From positions 1,094,756-1,158,755 of the forward strand of contig CAVVHT010000009.1 of assembly GCA_963748235.1 (NCBI GenBank): 64,000 nucleotides of DNA, read 5' to 3'. This DNA comes from an uncultured Chloroflexia bacterium (GTDB taxonomy: Bacteria > Chloroflexota > Limnocylindria > Limnocylindrales > CSP1-4). Position numbers and translations under genes: made by a program. Each line of letters opens with the position of its first letter. Position 1 is the first letter of the stretch. Shown here in pieces: positions 1 to 9,628 of this stretch. The notes beneath the pieces were generated by a model that searched no databases, was not told where the DNA came from, and was given only the letters and a program-made list of their open reading frames with translations.

Positions 1-24
1 TCGCCGAAGCCCCAGCTTCGGCGA
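1..24 (+). other. Perfect 10-bp stem / 4-nt loop hairpin (TCGCCGAAGC-CCCA-GCTTCGGCGA) abutting the ROK start codon
   Basis: Read directly. The 3' arm ends on the A of the ATG at 24 and there is no U-tract. The window edge truncates context, so a terminator of an upstream gene and a start-codon-masking stem cannot be told apart. Confidence 0.35.
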
Positions 25-1058
25 TGGTCCGGCCAATCCCCGAACGAGACGGAGCGCAGCTGCTAACGGTGGGGATCGACGTCGGCGGCACGAAGACGGC
101 GTGCGTCGTCACCGACTCGGACGACCAGGTCCTGCTGCACTCCGTTGAGCCGACGCAGGCCGACCGTTTGACCGGGCAGCTGAGCGACCTCGTGCGTAAC
201 GCGATCGATCATTTCGCGGCCGATGACGTGCGTGCAATCGCAGCGGTCGGTGTGGCCGTGCCCGGCTATGTCGAGCCCCGAACGGGAACCGTAGGGCTTG
301 CCGTAAACCTCGGCGGCAGCGACCTGGCTCTTGGGCCGCTACTCGAGGAAGCGGTCGGCCTGCCGTGCTACGTGGAGCACGATGCGCGCGCAGCGGCGGC
401 ATGGGTCCACGCCACATCAAACGCCAATGCAAATGACGCCGTTGGCGACACGGATAAGCACACGGACATGGCCTATCTCAGCGTGGGCACCGGGATCTCT
501 GCCGGGATCGTGCTCGACGGCCATGTGCTGCGCGGCGCGAACGGGCTTGCCGGCGAGATCGGGCACGTCGTCGGCGATCCGGCTGCCGGCCGCTGCGCGT
601 GTGGTCTCGAAGGCTGCTACGAAGTCATTGCGGCCGGACCGGCGATCACCCGATTGGCGCGCGAGGCGCGAACGGCATCGCCCGGCGACGAATCCAGCCT
701 GCCGGCCGCCCCCACCGCCGCCGACGTATTCCGCGCCGCGGCCGAGGGTGACCCGCTCGCCACCGACCTCGCGGCGACCGTGGCCGGACGCCTGGCGCAC
801 ATCATCCGCGGCCTGGTTCTCACGCTGGGCGTCAACCACATCGTGGTCGGCGGCGGCGTCGCCGCGGCCGGCGATGCGCTGTTTGAGCCGCTGCTCGAGG
901 CGATCCAACGCGAGCGACTTGCCTCGCCACTTGTCGAAGCCGCCTTCGCTAGGACTAATATCGAACTTCTCTCACCCAGCGTCGAAGCCGGCGCACGGGG
1001 AGCGGCGGCAATTGCGCGCCAGCGAGTCGAAGCCGATCACCGAGAGGGGGTGGGCTAG
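24..1058 (+). CDS. ROK-family sugar kinase (glucokinase / N-acetylglucosamine kinase-like)
   Basis: ATP-binding GIDVGGTKT, GEIGH, and ROK zinc motif CACGLEGCYE. No N-terminal wHTH, so a kinase rather than a repressor. Confidence 0.85.
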   Translation: MVRPIPERDGAQLLTVGIDVGGTKTACVVTDSDDQVLLHSVEPTQADRLTGQLSDLVRNAIDHFAADDVRAIAAVGVAVPGYVEPRTGTVGLAVNLGGSDLALGPLLEEAVGLPCYVEHDARAAAAWVHATSNANANDAVGDTDKHTDMAYLSVGTGISAGIVLDGHVLRGANGLAGEIGHVVGDPAAGRCACGLEGCYEVIAAGPAITRLAREARTASPGDESSLPAAPTAADVFRAAAEGDPLATDLAATVAGRLAHIIRGLVLTLGVNHIVVGGGVAAAGDALFEPLLEAIQRERLASPLVEAAFARTNIELLSPSVEAGARGAAAIARQRVEADHREGVG

Positions 1059-1185
1059 CGATAGAGAGACAGAGGAGGTCCGAATACCGCATCATTCCAA
1101 AGTCACCGAGCCACCCAACCTGGCTGGCTCACCCAACATATGCCGAGGGACAGTTTCAATAGGCAGCACTGAGGAGGAGTCCTGA

Positions 1186-2832
1186 ATGGGGAACAAGAAC
1201 TGGTGGGCCATGATCGTGATTACGGTCATGGTCGTTGTGGCGTGCACCGCGCCGGTCGCATCGCTGCGGCCGTCGGGAACAACCGCGCCAACTGCAACGG
1301 CGGGCACGCCGACTGACGCGCCATCGGACGCGCCCAGTGACGCGCCATCAGACGCGCCCAGTGATGCGCCGTCAGACGCGCCATCAGACGCGCCATCAGA
1401 CGCGCCATCAGACGCGCCATCAGACGCGCCATCAGACGCGCCATCAGACGCGCCGAGCGAGCCGCCGAGCGGCGGAGCGGTTCCGACCGTTCCAACCGGT
1501 TACACCGAGCTGGATGCCGCGCTCGGAGCCGACAAGCCATACACCGGAAAGAGAGTCACGATCCAGACCCAGTGGATCCTTGGAGAGGGCCTCAACTTCG
1601 ACGCCGCAGTAGCGGACTTCGAGGCCGCAACTGGGATCGAGATCGTGCAGGAAAGCATCGCTTCGCAACACGAGCTGGTGCTGCGCACCCGCATCGAGGG
1701 GCTCACCCCGCCCGACCTGGCGATGCTGGCCCAGCCATCGGCTGTGGTGGAATACGGCGATCGTGGCCTGACGACCAACGTCGCAACGTTCATGGATCCG
1801 GCAACGCTCAATTCGCAGTTCAATGCCGCATTCGGTGCCAGCATGGTCACCGGCGAGGGCGGCGAGATCTATGGCATCCCGTTCAAGGCCGACGTCAAGT
1901 CGACCATCTGGTACCCCATCAAGGCCTTCGAGTCGCACAGTTATACCGTTCCCACGACGTGGGAAGAGATGCAGGCACTTGAGGCACAGATCGTCGCTGA
2001 CGGCAACGGTAGTCCCTGGTGCCTCGGGATCAAGGACGGCCAGGCGACAGGCTGGATCGGCACCGACTGGCTCGAGGACGTCATGCTCCGAACAGCCGGA
2101 GTCGACGCCTACAACCAATGGATCACCCACGAGCTGCCATTCGATTCGCCCGAGGTGCGCGCTGCTCTCGACGTGCTCGCAGAGGCGTGGTTCACCGAGG
2201 GCTATGTCAATGGCGGATACGAGGCGATCACGGCGACGGACCGCCTCGAGCCAATGGACCCGATGTTCCCGCCCGATGGCAACTGGGAAGGCTTCACGCC
2301 TGGCTGCTGGATGCACCGCCAGGCGACGTGGTTCGGTCCCGACTTCTTCCCAGACAAACGAGCCAACCCGGCCGCCGACTCGCAGTACGTGGTCGGCGAG
2401 GACATCGGCCTGATGTACTTCCCGCCGATCGACGCCGCCATGGGCACTCCCGCGCTCAGCGCAGGGGACACGCTCATGGTTCTTACGCCGCCGCCTGTCG
2501 ACGGGGTAAGTACGGTCCGTCCAGAGGTCATGGCAACAGCCGAGTTCCTCTCGACCCCGTATGGTCTGCAGCGGTGGATCGAGCGTGGAAGCGCGATTTC
2601 CGCCAACACCACGACCGATCCAGCTTGGTATGAGGGCTTCTACAAGCTGGACACTGCAGCCGAAATGATCGCCAACTCCGCGGGCCTCGGCTCGCAGTTC
2701 GACGCGTCCGACCTCATGCCACCGGAGGCCAACCGGGCCTTCTGGGATGGGATCAGCGCCTGGATCGATAGCGGTGGCACGACCACCGACCAGTTCGTCC
2801 AGAGCGTTGACGCAGCGTGGCCTACCGAATAG
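1186..2832 (+). CDS. Carbohydrate ABC transporter substrate-binding lipoprotein with (DAPS)n linker
   Basis: Signal peptide ending VVVAC, acidic Pro-rich repeat linker, then an SBP-sized domain. GAGGAGGAG lies upstream of the ATG, and two MalF/MalG-type permease genes follow. Confidence 0.85.
   Translation: MGNKNWWAMIVITVMVVVACTAPVASLRPSGTTAPTATAGTPTDAPSDAPSDAPSDAPSDAPSDAPSDAPSDAPSDAPSDAPSDAPSDAPSEPPSGGAVPTVPTGYTELDAALGADKPYTGKRVTIQTQWILGEGLNFDAAVADFEAATGIEIVQESIASQHELVLRTRIEGLTPPDLAMLAQPSAVVEYGDRGLTTNVATFMDPATLNSQFNAAFGASMVTGEGGEIYGIPFKADVKSTIWYPIKAFESHSYTVPTTWEEMQALEAQIVADGNGSPWCLGIKDGQATGWIGTDWLEDVMLRTAGVDAYNQWITHELPFDSPEVRAALDVLAEAWFTEGYVNGGYEAITATDRLEPMDPMFPPDGNWEGFTPGCWMHRQATWFGPDFFPDKRANPAADSQYVVGEDIGLMYFPPIDAAMGTPALSAGDTLMVLTPPPVDGVSTVRPEVMATAEFLSTPYGLQRWIERGSAISANTTTDPAWYEGFYKLDTAAEMIANSAGLGSQFDASDLMPPEANRAFWDGISAWIDSGGTTTDQFVQSVDAAWPTE
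1315..1458 (+). repeat. 12 tandem copies of a 12-bp unit (GACGCGCCATCA and variants) encoding DAPS repeats
   Basis: Read directly. The central ~6 units are identical at DNA level; outer units differ mostly at third codon positions. Confidence 0.9.
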
Positions 2833-2853
2833 TGGCCAGCTAGCTCTGTAGCC

Positions 2854-2885
2854 AAGGGCGCGCCGCGGTCACGCGGCGCGCCCTT
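2854..2885 (+). terminator. Perfect 14-bp stem / 4-nt loop hairpin between SBP and permease genes (intra-operon attenuator or mRNA-stabilising terminator)
   Basis: AAGGGCGCGCCGCG-GTCA-CGCGGCGCGCCCTT followed by GTAATAT. This position after the SBP gene is typical for differential expression in ABC operons. Confidence 0.6.
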
Positions 2886-2918
2886 GTAATATCGCGGCCA
2901 CCGGCAAGGGAGAGACGG

Positions 2919-4092
2919 ATGGCGATCGAGTCCAGGGATCAGACCGAGATCGGCCCGGTACGACGGATCGCCCCGACGTTGGCGGCCGTGCTTGGGTTGG
3001 TGGTCGTTGCCATCGGCGTGATCATCCTCGCCGACCGCAACGCAGCTACAAACCTGCTGGCTTCCATCTACGAGGCACTCGGAAACACCCAGGGAGCACT
3101 CGACCTCGAAAATGGCGTTGGCGACCAGCTGCCCGCCAAGTTGCTGCTCGGCGTTGTGGCGCTGTTCGTGGGTGTCGCGGGCATCTGGATGCTGTACATC
3201 GGCGTAAGCTCGGTCGTCGGTCTCCTCAGCCCAAGATGGCAGGGTCGAATCCTTCCCTGGGTCTTCGTTGTTCCGGCGATCGCCTTGCTGACCGTCTTAT
3301 CTCATCTATCCAACGATCGGAACCATCTTCACCAGTTTCACGCTGCAGACCAACGGCGATCCGCTGGCGCACTACAAGGCACTCTTTTCACCGCAGTACA
3401 TCGACATCCTGAAAAACAACGTCATCTGGCTCATCGTGGGAACGGCCGGCAGCGTCCTGCTCGGGCTTGTGATCGCGGGAATGGTGGATCGGGTAAGGCG
3501 AGAGGCGCTGGCCAAGACATTCATCTTCCTGCCGCTCGCGATCTCGTTCATCGGCGCTTCGGTGATCTGGCGCTTCATGTATGAATGGAACCCTGCGGGC
3601 CAGACCCAGATCGGTTTGGTCAACGCGGTGTGGACGGCCCTGGGGTTCGAGCCTGTGCGCTGGGTTCAGCAGCAGCCGATCAACACCTACGCGCTGATCC
3701 TCATCTTCGTTTGGCTCCAGACGGGCTTCGCAATGGTCGTTCTGTCCGCTGCAATCAAGGGCGTGTCGGTGGAGATCATCGAGGCTGCGCGCCTTGATGG
3801 CGCTTCGGAGCGGCAGATCTTCTTTCGGGTCATCGTGCCGATCATCAAGGGTTCCATCATCACGGTCGCGACGACGATCGCGATCGTGGTGCTGAAGATC
3901 TTCGACATCATCTACGTGATGACCGGTGGCCGCAACGGCACCGATGTGGTCGCAAACAGGATGTTCACCGAGTTCTACGAGTTCTTCAACGACGGGCGCG
4001 CGGCCGCCCTCGCGACAGTGCTCTTCATCGCAGTGCTGCCGATCATGTTTGTAAACGTCCGCAACCTCCGCCGCCAGGGCATCGGCTCGTGA
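2919..4092 (+). pseudogene. MalF-type ABC sugar permease, frame-disrupted near 3290-3298
   Basis: The N-terminal TM segment is in the frame of 2919. The protein continues as YLIYPTIGTIFTSFTLQTNGD...VIWLIVGTAGSVLL in the frame of 3436. EAA loop IEAARLDGASERQIFFRVIVP. One extra T (or 2 nt missing) at GTC-T-TAT. Confidence 0.8.
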
Positions 4093-4985
4093 CCGCACCG
4101 GCACGAACCGTCGGGCGGGACAGGACCGTCGCTGCATGGCGACCGGCGTTTATTCGGAGCGCCCCGCTGCGGATCGCGGTCGTGGTCATCTGCATTCTGT
4201 GGTCGATCCCGACGCTTGGCCTGCTGGTCACATCGGTGCGCAACCCTGCCGAAATCACCACGAGTGGGTGGTGGGACGCCTTGCTACACCCCTTCGAGCC
4301 AGGCCAATGGACGATGTCAAACTATGAGACGGTCATAGCGAGCGAGGGTTTCATCACCGCCTTTATCAACAGCCTCGTCGTGACAATTCCAGCAACTGTC
4401 ATCCCCATTACGATCGCGGCGTTTGCGGCGTACGCGTTCGCCTGGATCCGGTTCCCCTTCCGTGGTCTCCTTTTCGCCGTCGTTGTGGGACTCCTGGTCG
4501 TGCCACTCCAAATGTCGCTCATCCCGGTCCTTCGGCTTTACGCGCAGACGGGGCTCAACGGCACGTTCCTGGGAATCTGGCTCGCTCACACAGCGTTCGG
4601 ACTTCCCCTGGCTATCTTCCTGCTCTACAACTTCATCTCACAGCTGCCGCGCGACCTGTTCGAGTCGGCTGCCATCGACGGCGCGTCGCACTTCCAGGTC
4701 TTCATCCGCCTCGTGCTGCCGCTCTCCGTGCCCGCCATCGGTGCGTTCGCCATTTTCCAGTTCCTGTGGGTCTGGAACGACCTCCTGGTGGCGCTTGTCT
4801 TCCTCGGCACGGGCGAAGAGCAGCGAGTCATGCCTTCGGCGCTGAACGTGCTGATAGGCAATCGCGGTGGGCAATGGCACCTCCTGACCGCCGGCGCGTT
4901 CGTGACGATGATCGTGCCATTGGCGGTGTTCCTGCTCCTCCAGCGCACATTCGTCAGAGGGATCCTGGCCGGCTCGGTCAAGTGA
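4089..4985 (+). CDS. MalG-type ABC sugar permease
   Basis: Six-TM pattern and EAA loop ESAAIDGASHFQVFIRLVLP. The GTG start overlaps the upstream stop (GTGA). Confidence 0.85.
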   Translation: MTAPARTVGRDRTVAAWRPAFIRSAPLRIAVVVICILWSIPTLGLLVTSVRNPAEITTSGWWDALLHPFEPGQWTMSNYETVIASEGFITAFINSLVVTIPATVIPITIAAFAAYAFAWIRFPFRGLLFAVVVGLLVVPLQMSLIPVLRLYAQTGLNGTFLGIWLAHTAFGLPLAIFLLYNFISQLPRDLFESAAIDGASHFQVFIRLVLPLSVPAIGAFAIFQFLWVWNDLLVALVFLGTGEEQRVMPSALNVLIGNRGGQWHLLTAGAFVTMIVPLAVFLLLQRTFVRGILAGSVK

Positions 4986-6577
4986 CGTCGGAGCGGCTGA
5001 TGGTCGCCTTCGTCGGCAGGGAGCTGCCCACGGAGGTGGCCGACTCCATGTCGGCTCGCCCGGTGGCCGGTGTGACCCTTTTCCTGCATCACAACGTCGA
5101 CTCGCCGGGCCAGGTGCGAGCCCTGACGACCCAGCTCCAGGCGGCGCACCCGGCCGATCTGCGACCGATGCTCATTGCCACCGACCAGGAGGGCGGCCAG
5201 CTCAACGCACTCGGCACGCAGACGACGCAGTTCGCCGGGGCGATGGCGCTCGGCGCGGCAGGAGACGAGGAGCTCGCCGAGCGCGTGGCACGGGCAACCG
5301 CGATCGAGCTGCGTGCCATGGGCGTCAACGTTAACTACGCCCCGGTCTGCGACCTCGCCACCAATCCCGCCAATCCCGGCCTCGGCATCCGCTCGTTCGG
5401 CGACGATCCGCAGGCCGTCGCGGGCCTTGCCGCGGCGACCGTGCGCGGCCTCCAGGCGAACGGCGTTGCGGCCACGGCCAAGCACTTCCCGGGCTCGGGT
5501 GAAGCGGCGGCCGACACCCATCACGAGCTGGCCGTTGTCGCCGGCGATCGCTCAGGCCTTGAAGCGCGCGAGCTTGTCCCCTTTCGCGCCGCAATCGAAG
5601 CTGGGGCACGACTGGTGATGGCCGGCCACCAGGCGCTGCCTGACCTGACGGGTGATCCGAACTTGCCGGCCAGCCTGGCCCGCGAAGCCATCACCGACCT
5701 GTTGCGCGACGGCCTTCGCTTCGAGGGCCTGTCGATCACCGACGCATTGGACATGCGCTCGCTGGCCCAGGGCGCCGCGCAGATCGTCGACGTCATCGTC
5801 GCCCTGCGCGCCGGGCAGGACCTGTTGCTCGGCACGGCAGACGCGGAGCTGATCGCGCGCATCGAACAGGGCGTCGCTCAGGCCGAGAAGCGCGGGCTAT
5901 TGGATCGGGCTGCCAACCAACGGTCGCTCGAGCGGCTGGCCGTGATCCGTCGATGGCTGAGAGGCTTCGAGCAGCCGCCGCTCGAGGTCGTCGGCTGCGA
6001 CGAGCACCAGGCGCTCGCGGCCGATCTCGCCGCCCGATCGGTGACGCTCGTACGCGACGAAGCCGGCCTGCTGCCTCTCCGGCTCGGTGCCGACGCACGA
6101 GTCGCGGTCGCCCAGTCTCGTCCGTCCGACCTGACGCCGGCCGATACGTCGTCGTTCGTGGCGCCGACGCTGGCCAGCGCCGTCCGCCGCCGGTTCCCGA
6201 ACGTCGACGAGCTGCTGACAGCCGAGGTTCTGAGTGGCGACGAGATCGCAGGAATCGCCCGGAAGATGGCCGACTACGACGTGGTGATCCTCGGGACCTT
6301 TTCGGCCCACCTTCAACCCGCCCAGGCCGAGCTTGCCCGCGCGGTGCTGGCCGCGAAACGGCCGACGGTCACGATCGCCCTGCGAACGCCGTGGGATTTG
6401 ACGGCATACCCCGAGGCCACGACTTACATCTGCTCGTTCGGCATACTGCCACCGACGACCGACGCAGTGGCCGGCGCGCTCTTCGGCGAGTCGCCCTTCC
6501 GTGGCCGGCTGCCGGTCCAGCTGGCCGACCTCTACCCACGCGGCCACGGACTGGCGACGCACGGCGTGGCGGCATGA
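4982..6577 (+). CDS. Glycoside hydrolase family 3 (NagZ-like beta-N-acetylhexosaminidase / beta-glucosidase)
   Basis: KHFPGSGEAAADTH and ITDALDM motifs. Start moved to GTG 4982 (GTGA overlap with the permease stop), because the upstream part of track ORF 4766..6577 lies inside the permease gene. Confidence 0.8.
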   Translation: MTSERLMVAFVGRELPTEVADSMSARPVAGVTLFLHHNVDSPGQVRALTTQLQAAHPADLRPMLIATDQEGGQLNALGTQTTQFAGAMALGAAGDEELAERVARATAIELRAMGVNVNYAPVCDLATNPANPGLGIRSFGDDPQAVAGLAAATVRGLQANGVAATAKHFPGSGEAAADTHHELAVVAGDRSGLEARELVPFRAAIEAGARLVMAGHQALPDLTGDPNLPASLAREAITDLLRDGLRFEGLSITDALDMRSLAQGAAQIVDVIVALRAGQDLLLGTADAELIARIEQGVAQAEKRGLLDRAANQRSLERLAVIRRWLRGFEQPPLEVVGCDEHQALAADLAARSVTLVRDEAGLLPLRLGADARVAVAQSRPSDLTPADTSSFVAPTLASAVRRRFPNVDELLTAEVLSGDEIAGIARKMADYDVVILGTFSAHLQPAQAELARAVLAAKRPTVTIALRTPWDLTAYPEATTYICSFGILPPTTDAVAGALFGESPFRGRLPVQLADLYPRGHGLATHGVAA

Positions 6578-7611
6578 CGCTGCGCGACGAAATCCTTGAG
6601 CAGCCCGCCGCCGCCCGACGATTGCTCGACGCGGCCCCCGAATCGTTCGCCGGGATCGCTGCGGCGCTGCGCGCCAAGCGGCCGCGTTTCGCGGTAATCG
6701 CCGCGCGGGGAACGTCGGACAACGCCGCGCTGTATGCCCAGTACCTCTTCGCGGTGCGCAACGGATTGCTCGTCGCGCTCGCGACTCCGTCGACGATCAC
6801 GCTCTACGGAGCGCACCCGCACATGTCGGAGGCGCTGGTGATCGGAATCTCACAGTCGGGACGCTCGCCGGACATCATCGCCGTGCTCGACGAGGCACGC
6901 GCCCAGGGCGCACCGACGATCGCGATGACCAACGACCCTGGCTCGCCGCTGGCCGCGGTTGCCGAACACGTGGTCGACCTGCGCGCAGGGCCCGAGCTGG
7001 CCACCGCGGCGACCAAGAGCTACACCGCCGAGCTGCTCGCGGTGACGCTGCTCTCGACTGCCCTTGACGAAGCCTCCGCCGCTGAGGCGGCCGATCTACA
7101 ACGCGTTCCAGAGCTGATGTCGGCCGCGATGTCCGCTGAGGAAGCGGCGCGCGCCATCGCCGGCGGCCACGGCTCCCGGACGCGCTGCGTCGTGCTGGGC
7201 CGCGGCTACGACTACGCGACTGCGCGCGAGTGGTCGCTCAAGCTGCTCGAGCTCGCTCAGCTGCACGCCCTGGCCTTTTCGACGGCCGACTTCGAGCATG
7301 GCCCGATGGCTCTTGCCGAGCCCGGCTTCGCGGTCCTGGCCGTCGCACCCCAGGGCATCTCGCTCGATGCCCAGGTCGACGTGCTGCGCCGCCTTCGCCG
7401 CGAGCACGGCGCGCGACTGTTGGTCATCAGTGACGCGGCGGAGGCGCTCGAGCTCGACGAAGGCCTGCCCCTGCCGGCCGGCATTCCCCAATGGTTGACG
7501 CCGCTGATCTCGATCATTCCGGGTCAGCTGTACGCGTACTACGTGACGTTTGCGCGCGGCCTCGATCCTGATCGACCGCGGACGATCAGCAAGGTGACGG
7601 AGACGACCTAG
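6574..7611 (+). CDS. Double-SIS-domain sugar-phosphate isomerase/deaminase (GlmS isomerase-domain-like, no glutaminase domain)
   Basis: ATG 6574 overlaps the GH3 stop (ATGA). ARGTSDNAALYAQYLF and GISQSGRSPD SIS signatures. The upstream part of track ORF 5953..7611 is Arg-rich shadow. Confidence 0.8.
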   Translation: MTLRDEILEQPAAARRLLDAAPESFAGIAAALRAKRPRFAVIAARGTSDNAALYAQYLFAVRNGLLVALATPSTITLYGAHPHMSEALVIGISQSGRSPDIIAVLDEARAQGAPTIAMTNDPGSPLAAVAEHVVDLRAGPELATAATKSYTAELLAVTLLSTALDEASAAEAADLQRVPELMSAAMSAEEAARAIAGGHGSRTRCVVLGRGYDYATAREWSLKLLELAQLHALAFSTADFEHGPMALAEPGFAVLAVAPQGISLDAQVDVLRRLRREHGARLLVISDAAEALELDEGLPLPAGIPQWLTPLISIIPGQLYAYYVTFARGLDPDRPRTISKVTETT

Positions 7612-7641
7612 CTCGAGCCATTACTGGCTTCGGACATCAGT

Positions 7642-7672
7642 AGACCCACACTCCGGGAACGAGTGTGGGTCT
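7642..7672. terminator. 12-bp stem hairpin (AGACCCACACTC-CGGGAAC-GAGTGTGGGTCT) downstream of the sugar operon
   Basis: Read directly, 31 nt after the SIS gene stop in a convergent spacer. No clear U-tract. Confidence 0.5.
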
Positions 7673-7986
7673 GCCACAGTTGTTCGGTGATCCGCGCGGC
7701 GACAGACACGTATCGCGCTCGCCCCGGATCACCCGATAAAGCCGGCTCGCGTGTCGGTGCTGATGTTGCCCGCTCGGGGCCTGGATGCGAGGTTGCTCAC
7801 GCCGAGATCCGAGTCCGCGGTGATAGGCAGGATCCATGAAGCACCGTCGTGCAGGACCCTCCGATCGTGCCGTCCAATACGGCGGTAGCGGTCGTTCGTC
7901 ACGCTCGCACCTCTCAAGAACTGAGTCTACTCCCGCCGGTCAACCCGTACCAATCGGCATTTTCCGGCCTCGCTGGACGCGGCCAT

Positions 7987-9628
7987 TTACGGAGCGCGGT
8001 AGACGCGCAGGTCATCGATCGCCGCCTCGACCAAGTGATCGGCGCCGGCGTCGACCGCCTCGACCAACAGCCGGACCGTCTGGCCGGCGTAGGCGTCGAG
8101 GCCCACCGTCGCCGTCGTCCAGGTCGCGTTGCGATGGGTGCCGTTGGCGGACTGCACGAAGACGATCGTGCCGTTGACCTTGGCGCGGAGCTGGTCGCCT
8201 GCTTTCGCCTGGGCATTGTGTGCAAACGTGTAGCGGAACGACATTGTCCAGCCGGTGCTCCCCGGGCTGCCCAGGCGGATCTCCGGCGACAGCGCCGAGG
8301 TCACACCGCCGTCGACATCGTTGGCCGTCACCGAGCCGCCCGCCTGTGCGCCGGTAACGAGCGAGGCAAGGCCGCTGAAGCCATAGGCGCGCTGCTTGAT
8401 GCCGGTCGCGTTGGTCGTCTTCTGGGCCGTGGCTCGCTCCCAGCGGCCGCTCGTCGCGTTATCCGTGCCGGCGGCATTGACCTGCCAGCCACGGCCAGTC
8501 TCGAAGTCGTCGTTGAGCGGCCCGCAGTGGGTGTCGGCGAGACCCGCGGCACGGAACGGACAGTCGGACTGCTCCAGGAAGTACAGGACCGCCTCGTCGT
8601 TGCGTGCGGTTTGCGCGTCGATGATGTCGTCGGGCGGGTAAAAACCGCCGACGTTCGATCCATCGGTCGGATACATCTCGACTGTGAAGGCGAAGATGCG
8701 CTGGTCGCCGTACAGCCAGTCGCTGGCGGCGCCGTCGAGGATGTACAGGTCGCTCATCTGCTGGGCGACGTAGCCGTTGCGATCGGCCATCCCGTGACCC
8801 AGAGCGCGGAAGGCGAGCAGGTCATCGGGGCTCATCGTCCGGGGCAGATCGGCCGTCGTGTAGCCATACGGCCACATGATCTCTTCGTTGAAGGTGTGCC
8901 ACGAGATTGCCGCGCGGATCTGCTGGCGGCCATGGACGACTCGGCTCAGCACGAAATCGCGTAGCGCGGCGATCTCCGGCGTCGACCACGGAGCGGGACC
9001 GCGGTAGGTGGTCGCGCCGGGCTGGCCACTCGAGCCTCCGCAACAGCCCCATTTGAAACCCCAGTTGCGGTTGAGGTCGACGCCGGGCACAGCCGAGCCC
9101 TCGATCAACTGGCGATTTCGGCGCCAGTTCTGGAATTCGCTCGAATTCGGAGATGTCCCATTCGGCGCCATCCGGATTGACCATCGGCACAATCCACACC
9201 TCACGACCATTGACGATGTCGGTCACCCGCTGTTCAAGCTGGTTCTCGATGTTTGACGGGTTGGCGCGGTAGTTGTCTGAGAGCAGATCGATGATGTGGA
9301 GCGCCATCTCGACGCTCAGGTGCTCGCGCGCATGGTGCAGCGAATCCATCAGCACCTCGGGTTCATCCTCGTCCGAGCCGACCTTGTCGCTTATCTTCAC
9401 CGCCCAGATCGAGCGACCCTCGTAGCTGGTGCCGATCGTGCGCTTGCTGACGATCGATGGCCGGGCAGCCACGGCCGCATCGATCGCGGCTTCCAGCTCG
9501 GCATAGTCGTGATAGCCCTCGAAGCCATCGGGGAAGCCGGCCGTGCCGACGGCACTGACCGGCGCGGCCGTGCCGGCCGCGCCGAGCAGCGTAGCCGCCA
9601 GCGAAATCACGACCCCGAGTCGGTTCAC
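7987..9628 (-). pseudogene. M14 zinc carboxypeptidase paralogue 1, frame-disrupted at ~9130-9150 by a 10-bp tandem duplication
   Basis: Signal peptide, HAREH zinc motif and NPDGAEWD in the frame of 9628. DLNRNWGFKWGCCGGSS and the C-terminal accessory domain are in the frame of 9210. The junction reads TCCGAATTCGAG-CGAATTCCAG on the coding strand. GTGA overlap with the stop of paralogue 2. Confidence 0.85.
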
